Of a stretch of DNA of 64,000 bases, positions 42,731 to 57,600 are shown piece by piece. A program made the position numbers and the translations under genes. This stretch comes from Octopus vulgaris (lineage: Eukaryota): NCBI GenBank assembly GCA_951406725.2, contig OX597815.1, forward strand, positions 201,934,001-201,998,000, in the 5' to 3' direction. The notes under the pieces were generated by a model that worked only from the letters and a program-made list of their open reading frames with translations, searched no databases and was not told the origin of the DNA. The number at the start of each line of letters is the position of its first letter. The stretch's first letter is position 1.

Positions 42731-43146
42731 AGGCGGCGATCTGGCAGAAACGTTAGCACGTCGGGCGCAATGCTTAGCGGTATTTCGTCTGTCTTTACGT
42801 TCTAAGTTCAAATTCCGCCGAGGTCGACTTTGCCTTTCATCCTTTTGGGGTCGATTAAATAAGTACCAGTTACTCACCGGGGTCGATATCATCGACTTAA
42901 TCCGTTTGTCTGTCCTTCTTTCTCCTCTCTGTGTTTAGTCCCTTGTGGGTGGTAAAGAAACAGGTATTTCGTCTGCCGTTACGTCCTGAGTTCAAATTCC
43001 GCCGAGGTCGACTTTGCCTTTCATCCTTTCGGGTCGATTAAATAAGTACCAGTTACGCACTGAGGTCGATATAATCGACTTAATCCGTTTGTCTGTCCTT
43101 GTTTGTCCTCTCTGTGTTTAGCCCCTTCTTTGTAGTAAAAAAATAG
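42731..43146 (+). mobile_element. SINE family B with tandemly duplicated 3' two-thirds
   Basis: Body restarts at GGTATTTCGTCTG (~42963); imperfect TSD GGTAAGATGATCTAT (42714) / GGTAAGGTGATATAT (43146). Confidence 0.85.
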
Positions 43147-43457
43147 GTAAGGTGATATATTTTCTCAGGCAACAACCTATTCATTACAAAACATAATACT
43201 AGTGACCAGGTTATAGTTTCATACTTTTGCTGTACGTGTGGTATTTTGAGAGAATTAATTGTTATTTCACATCTACTAACAGACTGCGTTTTCGAAGTGA
43301 TCTTTAATAATTCGCGCGATGTTTTCGACAACAAACTTTATATTTCCTGTCTGTGAACTTTCTTTAACACCTTGTTTTGTTCTCCATGTATCTCTCTCCT
43401 CCCGCTCTCTTTTTCTGTTTGTCTGTTTGTCTGTATGTATGTATGTATGCATGTACG

Positions 43458-43530
<73 letters not shown>

Positions 43531-43619
43531 GCTTCCTGACCAAATGCTTTTTCATTTTTCTTTTTTGTTATTTACCCTGTTATTAATCTAATTTTACACT
43601 GGTGTTTTATTCAGAAATA

Positions 43620-44780
43620 AGCGAAGTTTTCATTTGTAAGAGCTTCACATGTGATACGAATTTATGTTATTGATTAATATTTTTCTAATATTTGTCTGCG
43701 TTCGTGGCGTAACAGCATCTTTCCATTTTCTTTTCATTCTTGTTTCTGATTTTATTTTTTGCAATGATAATATATATTCCAAACAGCTTATCTGACTTGA
43801 GCTCTGATCTCTGCTTTATTCCCCATATGTTGCTAAGATGAGTTACTCCTAATCTTTCCTTTATTTCCCGTGTGTCTTCCCTTTATTGACATTATATTTT
43901 ATGAATATTTGGTCAACTCTTCCGTTTTTCGCTCATTAAGTTTACGCATTTACTAGCATTTTTTCATACAAATTTCTATACATTTTTATTCTCTCCTTTT
44001 TTCATGATACCCTTCTCTGGCAAGATCCGCATTTTATAGACATCGAATCGGATTTCTCTTGACACTAAAATGCGGCCTATTGAATAGATTTGGTCATTTA
44101 GCTTATTGATTTTCATTTTTTCCCCTCTCTGTGTCTGAACCAATAGTTATTGGAACGAATAATCTATTATTCCTTTGCCATTTTTTATTCGTACCTGGGG
44201 GATTGATTTTCGTATTCATTCACGTAATTCCTTTATGGTTCTTGACACGTTGTCTTTATATTTAATGGTGATTAATCTTTCGGGATGTTTTTATTATTAC
44301 CATGTATTTTAGCTGTACCTTTTTCTCCATATTGGCTTAATATTTGGTTGTTTTCAAGAAAGTGTTCCTATACATCTTAGTTATTTTGTGTGTATCATTT
44401 GTCTCCTTTAGCTTTGCGTTGCTTTCTTTTTTCCATGCATTGTACACTATACAAACATTATTGTACTATGAATTTTATTCTATACTGTACTTTGTTTTGT
44501 CTATTTTCTTCTGTTAATGTGTTTTGTGTTTTTTATTGAAGCATGGGCATAATTTTGTGGCATTTATTTTTATATCGTTGGTGTAAAATATTTCTAAGTG
44601 TGGTTCTATTTCTCATTCCACAATATTTTACTTATTATTGTTTGTATATCTGTTCACATACTGCACATATTAATCTATGCCTTATACGTTTGTTTTAAAT
44701 TTCTTTTCTTAGATGGCATGCATCTTCTGCATAGTGTTGGGGGTCTTCAATATTCTGCTTCTCGCTAAATTGTTCTGTCA
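43620..44780 (-). pseudogene. Heavily decayed L1/Tx1-like ORF2 remnant, probably continuing at 47130-47760 beyond the Gypsy insertion
   Basis: A-rich minus strand with faint motifs QILSQYGE.GTAKI and IGRILV; no long frame. Confidence 0.3.
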
Positions 44781-44788
44781 ATCATGAC

Positions 44789-47130
44789 TGTGGTGTATGC
44801 GGGAGATTTGAAATAAAGACACCTACCTTCTCTTCGTCGACGCAGACCTCCCCGGCGGAAACGCACCCTTCCACGTGGCCCGACCCGAACGCTAAAAATA
44901 GCAGCTGCCTTACCTTGACAAAGCGCTCACACGTCCAGCTTCTGATCGAAAAGGCCCAATGCTCCTTTGCATTCGCGCGTGTCACTCCTGCCTCTTCCTC
45001 TTCGGGTCAGCCCCAAGTTCCGGTCAGTTCCCCAGCTGCTGACGTCATCCCACACGCTACCCTAATCTTAAAGATCATATTCTCCCTTCTCCACGTCGAA
45101 GTCCACCATCCAACCGGGAGGGCGCCTTGCGCGTCGAGATCTTCTTAAGCTAGGCACCTCGTTCTCCTCTTCTCCACAATCGCCATCCGACGAAGCGACA
45201 ATCCTGCGAAGGTCCAAGACATGTCGCGGCATTCCATCCACGGAGACGTTGTTTCTGGAATTGACCGACGTCAACGTTCCTCTGCTTAAATTAGACGTAC
45301 AGTGCTTAACCCTTCGGTGGCTTAACCCAGACTTCCTCCCCTATTTTCACGCAAGCGGGTCCTTTCTCTCCCTCGTGGCACTCCGGTGCTTTAATCGGAT
45401 GGCTTCGTTCATATTTAAATACCGCTCTGTGCGGCACAGATCTTCAGCTTGCCCGGATCGGGGAGACATGTTGTACCAGAAAACTGCTACCAGCGGCGAA
45501 ATGTGCCCTCTTTCCGCTACGGCATTGACGGTCCCATGGTGTCTCTCAACAATTCGGTTCCCTTTCGGTATATACGCTGATCTAAACAAGCGACGCACTT
45601 TCCATCGGTCGAGCATATCCCTCAACATTTCCGAACGAAATGCCGCTCCGTTGTCCATTAGCAGTTCTTCCACGGGACCCCTGTCTAAAAATATCCCGTT
45701 CAAAATCTGCGCAATCTCGTCAGCAATGCCCATTCTCAGCTCTCTCCAAATGGCCAGCTGGCGCGGCCCGCAGTCGACTATGGAGAGATACATTCCCTGA
45801 CGCTAGTGCGTCACATCCACAGCTAGTCTTTTCCAGTTGTGCCCCACCGAAAGGTTTCCTTGCTCATATCCACACGGAGCAGAGTCAATGGACTGACACC
45901 TGTCGCAGCTCCAGACCACTTTCAGGATGCTTCTAGTAATGTCAGTATCAATCTTCTTCGCATGATACAGGGTCCTGTCCACACCCAAGTGATGCATAGC
46001 GTCAGTTCGAAGTCATCCATCCGACACGCTGCAGTTATTCCTTTCTGTGCCTCATCCGGCTCCTTCAACCACGCCCTTTTCACCCTGGTCAGTGCGTCTG
46101 TCCTGTTTCTCTCCGAAGGCACGAAAGCCGCGTTCAGCTTCAGTCTGAACTCGGCAATCAATTGTCCTAGAACTCCTAGACAGCGCTTCCCCAACACCTC
46201 CGCGGCACTTTTCGTCCGAACTCTCCTCTCACCGGTGATCACCGATCCTACCCAGCCAAGCACAGAGGCCGAATCTGTCCGGATTTCGATTGAGTGCAGC
46301 CCCCATTTCAGGGCCAAGTTCACCCGCTTCAGCACCGCGTCTAATTCGGTGACATTGATGTGGTTAAAGTCATCTGCTTTCCGAATCCAGGCTGCGTCCC
46401 ACCACCACAGCGCCTTCGATCTCCGACACAACCCCTATCGCTATACGGCTTGCATCACACGAAGCGGTGCCGCATTCCGTCTTGGGCATCTACCAGTTCT
46501 CTCTGACCGGGTCTTCCGCTCTCGTCCTTTCTAGGATTTCCTGCATAATCGCCACTGTCCCTTCTCCCACCTTGTCGCCCCAACTTTCCACCTCCGCTCG
46601 TCTCTTGCTGTAACTGTACGCTGTGCGCAGCCATCCAGCGATCGGGCAGTGAACGACCAACTTCCCACACACCGAGAACAGTTCTCTGCTGCTGACGCTG
46701 GAACTCAGCTCTGAGATTTCATTTCCTCTCCGGAACACCAACTCACCCGATCTATCTCTTTGCAGCTTCAGCCCCAGTGCGGCTCCTCCTTCCATCGACT
46801 CCGGTGGCTTCGCAACCAGTCCGAAGTTCTCCAGATGTCTCACTACCTCGTTGGCTGGCATTACAGTTTCGTCAACCAAAATGTCGTCTATGTAGGAACT
46901 GGTGGCCTTTCTAATCTTGTCCTCTTTCATTAGGACGGACTTAAGCACTGCCGCCATGAACTTCGGTGCGGAATTCAGTCCGAAACTCGGCCTGGTTAAA
47001 CAGTGCCTCCGGCACTTGTACCGCACCAGTTGATATCACCACAGTTTGTCGATCACATGGAGCTGCAATTCGCCAATTTCAAGTCGACAATCGTCGCTGC
47101 CTTGGTCGACAGTCTCCACACACGTAAGGT
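44789..47130 (-). mobile_element. Ty3/Gypsy LTR retrotransposon 3' fragment (RT-RNase H-integrase and probable 3' LTR 44789-45061)
   Basis: GC-rich island; FGLNSAP, SYIDDIL, HINVTELDAV...TDS, HHLGVDRT...CDRC, LAVDVTH, DNGAAFRS, IVERHH in Gypsy order; frameshifted; minus strand ends ...CACCACA. Confidence 0.88.
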
Positions 47131-48353
47131 CTCATCAATAATCTCTGAAATGCTATCTATAGCGTATTTTTGCTCTCAATTTTGCATTGGTGACTACTTT
47201 TACACTGCAGCGCCCCTCTGATCATCGCATGATCAAATGGTTTCCAGGTGTGACCAGCTTCCGTGGAATTAACCGTATTATTAAATGGGAACATCAGTTC
47301 TTAATTACTTTGAGGGACATTTAACTATCAATTCTTAAAGTAGTATCAATGCTCCAGTTCACTTGCTGACTATTTATTTTTGTCTCTTCGGAGGTCGGTA
47401 ATGGCAACATAAATTCTAATGTATGCTGCACGCCACCACTCTGTCATACTTTTACATATTCTATATTTTGTATAAATTTGAACAAACAATACCAAGCTTA
47501 CTTTGATCATTCACGCAACCATTTATTAACTTCTTGTATGAAGGCTTTTTGCAGTACCTTTTTGTTTTTATCAACCTCTCAGATCAGCACAAAACTCGGG
47601 TATCGAAACAATGGAATGGAATTCCCTACTTCGTTGTTGCAGAAATTTTAGGTCTCTACCAATTTCAGCAACATTTCTCGTTGATTCTCAGAGATATATA
47701 GGTTGGCTTCCTCGCAGACAATTCATTTACATTATTTTGTTCTACTTTTCTACAAACTTTTAACAGATTCGTATTACTTTAACTAGATATATTAGGAATC
47801 AAACGGTATATATTTGATAATAATACAAATAAGATGCTGCAGGACACTATTTCGTTTTACGTAAATAACTATGTAATGTATTAGCCAATGATTGGAGAGA
47901 AAATCTCAGCGTACTATTTCCTTTACCCTGTGTGGTCACACAATTTCAAATATACGATCAAAGTATAAATACTTGCAAACATTTATATTGTTCAATTATT
48001 GTAGTTGTGATATTACTAGTAATTGAAGTATCAAATATTTGAAGCCTTTGATTTTTTTCAGCTAGAATTATATTTAGTTGAATATGTTCAGTATTCGATC
48101 AAGTTTGGGTTTGGTTTCATCGGTAATTTCATTCTTTTTTCATTATTTAAATTTATCTTACTAGGCATTCAATTAATTCTGGTTTTTCACAAATTACATT
48201 TCCAGCACAACTCACAAGAGATAAATCAATGCTCTCCATCTTGATTGTATTTGATTGTATCACTGATATAATACTTGTGCACACAATAAGGAAACGACGA
48301 TTCTAGTTTGTGAATGAAAAGAAATGATGCAAGTGATCGTTGGACAAATATAT

Positions 48354-48812
48354 GCGCAGGAGTGGCTGTGTGGTAAGTAGCTTGCCTACCAACCACATGG
48401 TTCCGGGCTCAGTCCCACTGCGTGGCATCTTGGGCAAGTGACTTCTGCTATAGCCTCGGGCCGACCAATGCCTTGTGAGTGGATTTGGTAGACGGAAACT
48501 GAAAGAAGCCTGTCGTATATATGTATATACATATATATGTGTGTTTGTGTCTGTGTTTGTCCCCCCAGCATTGCTTGACACCCGATGCTGGTGTGTTTAT
48601 GTCCCCGTCACTTAGCGGTTCTGCAAAAGAGACTGATGTTGGTATGCTTACCTCCACATAAACTAATCTAGCGATTCGGCAAAAAAATTAAAATAAAATA
48701 AGTACTGGGCTTACAAAGAATAAGTCCCGGGGTCGAGTTGCTCGATTAAAGGCGGTGCTCCAGCATGGCCGCAGTCAAATGACTGAAACAAGTAAAAGAG
48801 TAACAGAGTGAA
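48354..48812 (+). mobile_element. SINE family A with small internal insertion
   Basis: Family A head and tail; extra ~45 nt at 48635-48680. Confidence 0.9.
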
Positions 48813-49743
48813 AGAATATATATATTTATAAATATATATCAGTAAATGAATATATGTTCAGAGTCTTAACACATATGCAAATATTGTTCTACCATTAATC
48901 TATTTCTAGCATTACTATCATTAACAGTTATATCAAATATCTTAGCCTCTTGATTTTCATGAACTAGAATTAAGCTTCGTATGTCCACTATTCGTTCGGG
49001 CATTAGATAGTGTTATGTGTGTCGGTATATTTCGCAACATAGGTGTCCTTGCAGTGTGGAGCGGGTAAACGTTATGGGGGAATAATTAGAACTGTCGATA
49101 TATAGTAATTATTGTAGTAAAGAATTTTTGTCGATCTTTCTATGCACGGAAGAAATTTCTTCTCTCGACAAGATTCAGACGTTTGAATTCTCATCAGATA
49201 TTTTCCTATCCGCCTTCGAAAAGTAGCATTGTGCCCAAGGTGTTCCTGCACATATTTATTGCTTAAGCAAGCACGAAACCGCATGCTGGAAATGGGTAGA
49301 ACCGAAAACATTGATTCTGATACCTATCAGATATTAGTTAATCGATTTTATAAGGATTAGATACATACCGGATGAGTCTACACTAAAAAGTATCTAAATA
49401 AATTTCTTAGGCTACAACTTGTTACGAGAACTCTCACGTCATTCTGTTATTTACAATTGAGTGGGTTTGCGTTTGAGCCAGTAGAAATTTACAACGCCAT
49501 TCTACAGGATTTACGCTATGAGGTAAAACGTGTAAGATAACGAGATATTAAAGGACACTTTGTTTATAGCAGACTGACCCTACCATCGATCACTATCCTT
49601 ATAATATCACAATGCAGAGTACGCAGTGGGTGCACAACCTCATATAGTGATGGAACATATATGTCAATTCGGGCTTTTATACATACATACCAACACACAC
49701 ACACATCTATATATACATATATGTATGTGTATATGTATGTCCT

Positions 49744-49798
<55 letters not shown>

Positions 49799-50520
49799 GT
49801 ATATATGTGCATATGTCTGTGTGTATGTATGTTTGTAAACTGTTAATTCCTCTCATTATATATCATACCCTCCCTATATAGTTCATAACTCAAATAGAAA
49901 TCGTACATGAACGGGAAATATACAACACATAAGAAATAAATGGAGAGAAAATGGGGGATTCTCTGTGATTATAGCTTAACAATTGTAGCATCGATTATTG
50001 CCCTGTCTAAAGTTGGTGTCATAGGGTTTACATAGTAGGGAAACGTCGCTCATTATACTAAGGCTGCTATCAGTATGTTAATGTTCATGTTGTGTGACAA
50101 AGCTGGGTTCTTGTGAACAACATATTTCGAAGCTATGGGTTTCATGTAACAGGAGTCAAGAATAACAACATATAAAGACTATGAAAACATTCACTTTGGT
50201 TTTTCTGTTTTTCTTTTGCTTTTCCGTTATATGGACACTTTGCGTTACGCTTCTTTGTAATTGAGTGCTATGTGTACTGATTGCCGAATCCATACGAAGA
50301 GCTTTCTGTGATAACCGTACGATTCTCAGAATCCAAATTGTATCATATTTTATACAAGTAATTTATTACGAAGAGACTGCTAGAATAAGTGCCAGAGTTA
50401 AAAAAGAAAAAAAAAAACTTCTCAGCTCCAATCATTGGACTAAAGTTGTTCTAAAAATGGTGCCCCAACATACTATGTGTCTAATGACTGAAACAGATAA
50501 ATGATAAGAAATAAAACATA

Positions 50521-50933
50521 GGCGCAGGAGTGGCTGTGTGGTAAGTAGCTTGCTAACCAACCACATGGTTCCGGTTTCAGTCCCACTGCGTGGCACCTTG
50601 GGCAAGTGTCTTCTGCTATAGCCCCGGGCCGACCAATGCCTTGTGAGTGGACTTGGTAGGCGGAAACTGAAAGAAGCCCGTCGTATATATATGTGTGTGT
50701 GCGTATATATATATGTTTGTATGTCTGTGTTTGTCCCCCTAGCTTTGCTTGACAACCGATGCTGGTGTGTTTACGTCCCCGTTACTTAGCGGTTCGGCAA
50801 AAGAGACCGATAGAATAAGTACTGAACTTACAAAAGAATAAGTCCCGCGGTCGAGTTGCTCGATTAAAGGCGGTGCTCCAGCATGGCTGCAGTCAAATGA
50901 CTGAAACAAGTAAAAGAGTAAAAGAATAAAAGA
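50521..50933 (+). mobile_element. SINE family A, full length
   Basis: Family A consensus. Confidence 0.9.
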
Positions 50934-53526
50934 GCATATGTGTGTGTGTGTATGTGTGTGTATGTGTGTGTGTGTGTGTGTGTATGTGCGTGTTATGTAT
51001 GTATATACACACACACACACATATATATACATAAACATGCATGTATATATGTATGTATGCATATATGTATATATGTGTGCATAGTGTAAGTTGTTATATC
51101 GCTAATAGTCAAGTGGACAAATGTAATAGTCGTTGAAGTTAAATCAACGAGACTTATACATGATCTTACTTGAGAATTCTAGTTCGCTTGCAATTTTCCT
51201 AAATAAGTGTAATTGCATTGTAAAACGACAAGTATGGATGCAATTTTGAGTTTCTGGCGACATGAAGTATCTGTCATTACCCAATAAAACCGAAGGATGA
51301 CCAATTTTCGACATCTACACTCTTATATTTCTGACATAGCTCACATCAAATCTGGTATTGATTTCGATTTCAGACAACATACACACATTACTGCAGGAGG
51401 TAATTTGATTGTATGGCGTTTATAGATTTCCCTAGCGAATTAGCGACAGCAATTGGGTAAGAGTAATAGCTTACAACAATAGCACTGGATCACTTACTTA
51501 GTTTTTTTTTTCTTTCATATAATGTGCTTTGCTATCTCTGAATTGCTATCTCTTGTATACATACGTACATATATTTTGAGCAGAGAATAACTGATATGCT
51601 TTGATGTCGACAGTTCCATTAAAGCAAATATAAGCGTTCTCTGAAGTAAAATTATTACAACCACAAATATAAAAAATGTGTTACTATTATATCAGTCTCA
51701 AATCAACTTTTCGCAAACATTCTTGCATTATATATGCAATATCTCGTGTAAAATAAAAATGCTCTAGGAGTTAAGTGATCTCACAATCATACTAAACCGT
51801 AACCTTCGTTATACAAACTCTAAAACCTGCCTAATTCTCCTAAAGTGTTCCTTTAACTCTTTCTCATATATTCTTACATTATGTCAGCACTCTACACACA
51901 TTAAACGGAAAACACACAAATTAGAATAAATGTATACAAACATCCCTACAATATCCATATAAAACTTCCTCAAAAGAAACAAGTATGTTATAGTATAGAA
52001 GGAGAATATTTGAAAAGAAAAGCTCAGGAATACAGCAATAAGGACCTTAATGGCAGATGTGAGCCAAAACAAAACATTTATTGATAACATTCGGTAACAG
52101 CATCGCTGATATATTTGAAACATTTTGTGAATAATTTGGGATTGGTGAATCCAAAAAAATCATTGATAAGCACTTTAAATTTCTATTCTACAACAAAAAC
52201 TCATATTTTTTTAAATAATCGCCGTCAAAAAATGTCCCCAATCATCAATATAACACCGGCCAACATACAAGTGATGCCTCAGAATTTCGAAACAATTTTC
52301 CTACTAAAATCGACGTGTTCTTCAAGCAATTTTACTGTAGCACACTTAGAGCAAAAAATTTAAAAACCTCTGGTTCCTATTTTTATGACTAATCAGGTAA
52401 ACATTTAAAGCAGGTTCAGAGAGCTCGTAACTGGTCGGTATTCGTATTTTTAATGAATACAGGCCTTGATTGGAAATGCATTTGCTTGTTTTCACTATTG
52501 GTAATTTCTTGGTAACCATAAAACAGACGTCTTCTCTAAGTGTATACAAGAGACCTATGTACTTCCCATAAAATTGTTTATAACATAAGTATTAACATAC
52601 ATCTACAGGGACTTAGATCAAAGGCACATGATTTTAGCTACGGACACGGAAATTCCACTGTGACATTGGAAAAAAAAACATTGAATGAAGAAAAGAGGAA
52701 TTGTTAGTGATCTGCATGGTGCGAGATTATGCTTAGAATCCTCAACGGAAATGCTCCATCATATTCCGCACTCAAAAGAACTATAATAAAATAACTATAA
52801 TAATACCTTCATAAGTTCTGAATAGAAGCACCATATATAACTTTGGGGATCAAGTTCGAGTTTGAGGTATCAGACTTTGTAACACTGTGCATTTTCAGCG
52901 TTTATGCTGAATAAACTGACACAGTAAGATTTGGTTAACTTAGTATAATATAATATAGTATCATATTTATACCTATATATGTGTGTGCGTGTATGTGTGT
53001 ATATGTATGAATAGATATACACATGTGCACTACAATATGTTAATAACATTATTAATGTTGTATTCATATCAAATCTGGAAGTATATATGGAATCAGCCTT
53101 CCAGAGGTATCCAACAGAATGCCTAACTCCTACGACACAAAAAATTAAGTTGCGGCTGGATTTCGTAATTTCAGTCTGGTGGGTAATTGTAACTTTATAT
53201 AAAAGGAAACGCAGTTTATTCTAAACTCAATGAGATAGAACAGACTTACGGCGTACGCGGGGGTGCCGAAAAGGTTTTCGCTTTGGGCAAAAGAAATATA
53301 CAAGAGGATCAATTAATTATGATTTTATTTGACATACTCCCCTCTCAGGTTCAGACACATTTATTGCAATCGTTCTTGGGTTTTTACAAAGCCCTCTAAA
53401 GACCTCAGAAGGTTAGGCTTCCAACTAGGCCTTCGCGAAACCCATAAATCAAGGAACGTTTCAGAAACCACTTGTGTTTTGAACACAGCTGCAAAATATT
53501 CTGTAATATACATATATATATTATTG

Positions 53527-53860
53527 TTGACCCCCTTCGGTCACGACACTGACCATGGGATTGCACCTAGAAAGTTACCCTCCTAGTCACAAGTCTGGGC
53601 AAGGTGGTTTATGGAAGACCAGCAGTCGCCCATGCATACCAGCCTCCCCTCTCCACGCCACCAGTGTTATCCAAGGGAAAGGCAAAGGCCGATACAGCTT
53701 GGCACCAGTGACGTCGCAACTCATTTCTACAGCTGAGTGAACTGGAGCAACGTGAAATAAAAGTGTCTTGCTCAAGAACACAACACGCAACCTCCTCTGG
53801 GATTCTAGCTCACAACCTCACAATCGTAAGCTCGACGCTCTAACCATTGAGCCATGCGCC
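53527..53860 (-). mobile_element. SINE family D, full length
   Basis: Minus strand GGCGCATGGCTCAATGGTTAGAGCG head and CTTGAGCAAGACACTT...CAGCTGTAGAAATG body. Confidence 0.85.
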
Positions 53861-54290
53861 TATATATATATGCATGCCAGAGCAGCAGCATTTTGTTCAG
53901 CACCGTAGTCAGTTTAAAAATGATCTCGTTTCAGTTTCCAACTAAGGAATTGCAGCAGTTTACATTTAAATTTCACTCTAATTTACTCACCTATAAAAGT
54001 TTATTAAGGCATCTCTACTGGAGGCGAACAGCGCGGTAAACACAGATCACGGATATTTTCATCAAAGCTCTGCAGCTCGGAAAAATCAACAAACACATAT
54101 AAGTGAGTGAATAGAAGAGTCTTAAAAATAATATAAAGTACAAACTCAGGACGAAGATGACTCCACATAACTGAAAACCAACTATATAATCAAATACGCA
54201 TGCATAAGTGTGCACGCATATATACATAAATAAATAAATACATACATACATACATACATACATACATACATACATACATACATACATACA

Positions 54291-54322
<32 letters not shown>

Positions 54323-54663
54323 CGCATATACCCATATGCATATATCTTGGGAGGGAGGAGATAGAAACCATATACAAATGTTTAATAATCATAAATTTAC
54401 TCGCTCTGTAAACGTGGAAAACATAACAGGCCGTGGGCTTGGGCAACTAGAAGTGAAAATCGGATCATCATCCATTAAAGTTAGATTCATCATCCATTAA
54501 AGTTAGATGAGGTTTCTATTTTCCTTTTTTTTTTCATATTCTAAATATTGATGCTGGGAAGCCTGTGGTGTCATGTAGATAAATGTAAATATATTATGTC
54601 AAGCATAACCGGAAACAGAGGAATTAATAACTAGAGTGCCATCACCTACTGGTTAATAATAAA

Positions 54664-55233
54664 TCTTTATCTATAACATATGTGTGAGTGTGTGTGCATT
54701 TGTGTGTGTGTGCGCGTGTGTGTGTGCGTGTGTGCGTATGTTTCTAATGCATTCGAAAACCATTCTAAATCATTCTAAAACCAAGTAACCGATTTGGACC
54801 TATGGGGTATCAAAAGATTCCATAAGCTTTCGGCTACGAACTAAACTTTATTTTCATTCACATATTTGTATTACAGAAATTTAACATAATTTTTCTTTTA
54901 GTCACATATCGTAAACGATATTTTATACTACCACCACAACGACCATACCGTCACATTTTCTATTTGAGTGTATTCGCGCGTTCGTTATGTACGTTATGCC
55001 CATGAGTTACAAGTACATGTGTGTGACGGTGTATCTGCCTGTCAGTATACATACATTTTTGCGACGATTGACACACACATCTAAAGACAGAGACAAACAC
55101 ACACAGAGACAGAGATAGCTTTGAGGTGTGCGTTAATGTATATCTATGTGTGTGTATGTCTGTGTGTCTTAGTATATGTATGTGATTCTACACCCCGCCA
55201 ACAGTGAAGCATACCAATTTTGTAACAGTCTAG
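54664..55233 (+). mobile_element. Possible degraded non-autonomous Helitron
   Basis: A|TCTTTATCTATAA start like the 41.5 kb element, internal (TG)n, ends CTAG|T; 3' hairpin is poor. Confidence 0.4.
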
Positions 55234-55370
55234 TTTAGTTGCGTTCTGGAATTGACAGTACCCAGAAAACTCGCAAATATATCTAAATAAAAAAATGTTA
55301 TTCTGGTTAATATAACAAATTCAGAAACTTGGCGAAGTAGAAAGCCTCAATATAATTACAGACATGTTAG

Positions 55371-55750
55371 TGGAGGCGCAATGACCCAATGGTTAGGGCA
55401 GCGGACTCGCGGTCATAGGATTGCGGTTTCGATTCCCAGACCGGGCGTTGTGAGTGTTTATTGAGCGAAAACACCTAAAGCTCCACGAGGCTCCGGCAGG
55501 GGATGGTGGTGATCCCTGCTGTACTCTTTCACCACAACTTTCTCTCACTCTTACCTCCTGTTTCTGGTGTACCTGTATTTCAAAGGGCCGGCCTTGTCAC
55601 TCTCTGTGTCACGCTGAATATCCCCGAGAACTACGTTAAGAGTACGCGTGTCTGTGGAGTGCTCAGTCACTTACACGTTAATTTCACGAGCAGGCTGTTC
55701 CGTTGATCGGATCAACCTGAACCCTCGTCGTCGTAACCGACGGAGTGCTT
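55371..55750 (+). mobile_element. SINE family C, full length with TSD
   Basis: 13-bp TSD ACAGACATGTTAG at 55358-55370 and 55753-55765. Confidence 0.9.
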
Positions 55751-56434
55751 CCACAGACATGTTAGCCCACTCCTTCTAACTAGTTTGAAGAGAATTATTT
55801 TTTTAAAAGTCCTAGCCTCTTTTTCCGTATTCCTTCTATGCTGTTTCATTACTGTCAGTATCAACGTCGCAGAACATTTTTACTGCGTTAGTCAGTATTT
55901 AATCTACAGCCTATAACGTTACACTGTTAAATATATATACATAGTAAAGTCAGATTAATTTATATCTTTCTATATACATCCTTCAGTAAATGTTTTAAAT
56001 TAACGTTCACAGCAACAGCATATTCTTTTCTATACACTTTGTTCAGCGTTCATTTCAAAATTGTAAAATACATTCTTATTGTATGTAAAATTGGCCCATG
56101 GCTTCTGAATTTTCTGGGACTTACACTTTCTTCACCGTGACATTCATTCAATCGTGAATTTTATAACATTTAGTAAATGCTTCAAATAAATGTTGCCTTT
56201 CTGTCATTTTGTTACCTTGATGACATATACTAACGCGTGCTAAATTGGTGACTTACCATTTTTTCATAGCATAACTATGCTACGGAAAGTATTTTTTTGT
56301 TTCTGTATTGACTACATTTCGTTTCTCTTGAACTTCGTGTATGTAAGTTATGCAGTTTTCAATATTATCAATACTATGAGTGTGTGTGTGTGTGTGTGTG
56401 TTTCTGCGTTTGTTACGCCTATAGTAAACTATAG

Positions 56435-56730
56435 TAAAGGACATTTTACGCTGTTTTAGTGAACCCATACCTACTGAAGTAGACATCCTTATAGTTGGTG
56501 ATCCCCATGAAAATCATGATATAATCATTCGTGTTCGAGATGACAACCTTAAACGTGTTTCAAAGACTCATCCCTCTTACGATGCTCTCCAGTATTCTCT
56601 TATTCTGTGGAATGGACAATATGGGTATCATTTCAATGTTTCCCTGGATTGAAAATGCTACAAAAGTGTCGTCTAATCATTTCTATTCTTATCAACTGAT
56701 GTTTCAACCAGAACAATCAAATCAATTTCA
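56435..56730 (+). pseudogene. Helitron Rep/helicase coding fragment
   Basis: With frameshifts: PTEVDILIVGD....DIII.VRDDNLKRV..THPSYDALQYSLILWNGQYGYH...KVSSNHFYSYQLM, the EVA...RD...H.SYD.LQYPL...G..G.H block of RepHel proteins. Confidence 0.75.
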
Positions 56731-57275
56731 CATGTCAAATAAACTTTATTTTCATTTACATATTATCTAATTTATCTCAACAACCTACTATTGCTATTTG
56801 AAGTACACTTCTCTACAATGATTAGTTTTCATAAGAAGGTGAAAATAGTTTCACTCTTTCAATTTCAACCAAAATTAGAAAGTGTTGGTTTACGAGAGTG
56901 ACGATGTATGAATAATGAAAGTAATGTCTCTCCGAATTAGTCACATATGTATTATAATAAAGAGAGTTGCCTGTTATCTATCTACCAAATAAACTATGTT
57001 TCTGGCACAACTCTTTTTTACAACTAAAATAACCTCGGAAACGAGGTTGGGTCACACAGTTTTAAAGTCATTTTCGGAGAATATTTTGATTTACTTCTGT
57101 TTCACTTTTGTCCGATATTTAACGCATGCGTAGGATTCTATCCTGCCAAACATTTATGAAATTGTACACACAAATATAAGACAGAGCCAAAAAAATTGCA
57201 TTAAAAGACCTCCGTTTTACTATATGTTATCAGGAAATACAGTCAGTCTCTCTTTCTCTCTTTCTCTCTCTCTCA

Positions 57276-57341
<66 letters not shown>

Positions 57342-57419
57342 CATACTAGTAAATGTATCCCGGCGTTACTCAAGTGTTGTGACTTACAACTACATTATAT
57401 TATTTGGTTCTTTGTTATG

Positions 57420-57600
57420 GGCAGATACATGCTCTGGAAGATACTCCGAGAGCTCATTTAAGCAACGAGCAGCTTTGAAGCGATCTATCCAAATTGGCTA
57501 CTAATGTTCAGCAGAGAAGAATAAGAAGTGCTGGTCATTTAATGCAGGCACCCAGAAGGACCTGTGAACCATCTGGCCTTGTGACAGTTAGTTGAAGGAA
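57420..57600 (+). pseudogene. RTE-clade LINE fragment
   Basis: RAHLSNEQL*SDLSKLATNVQQRRIRSAGHLM, matching the RTE .H.TNEEL......I..RRLR.AGH motif. Confidence 0.55.

Noticed and set aside
44782-47221. Cluster of plus-strand ORFs (e.g. 45249-45800, 45839-46534)
   Set aside because: Antisense shadows of the Gypsy pol fragment.
49362-49398. CGGATGAGTC...AAAAAGTATC hammerhead-like string
   Set aside because: No GAAA, no stem II or stem III.
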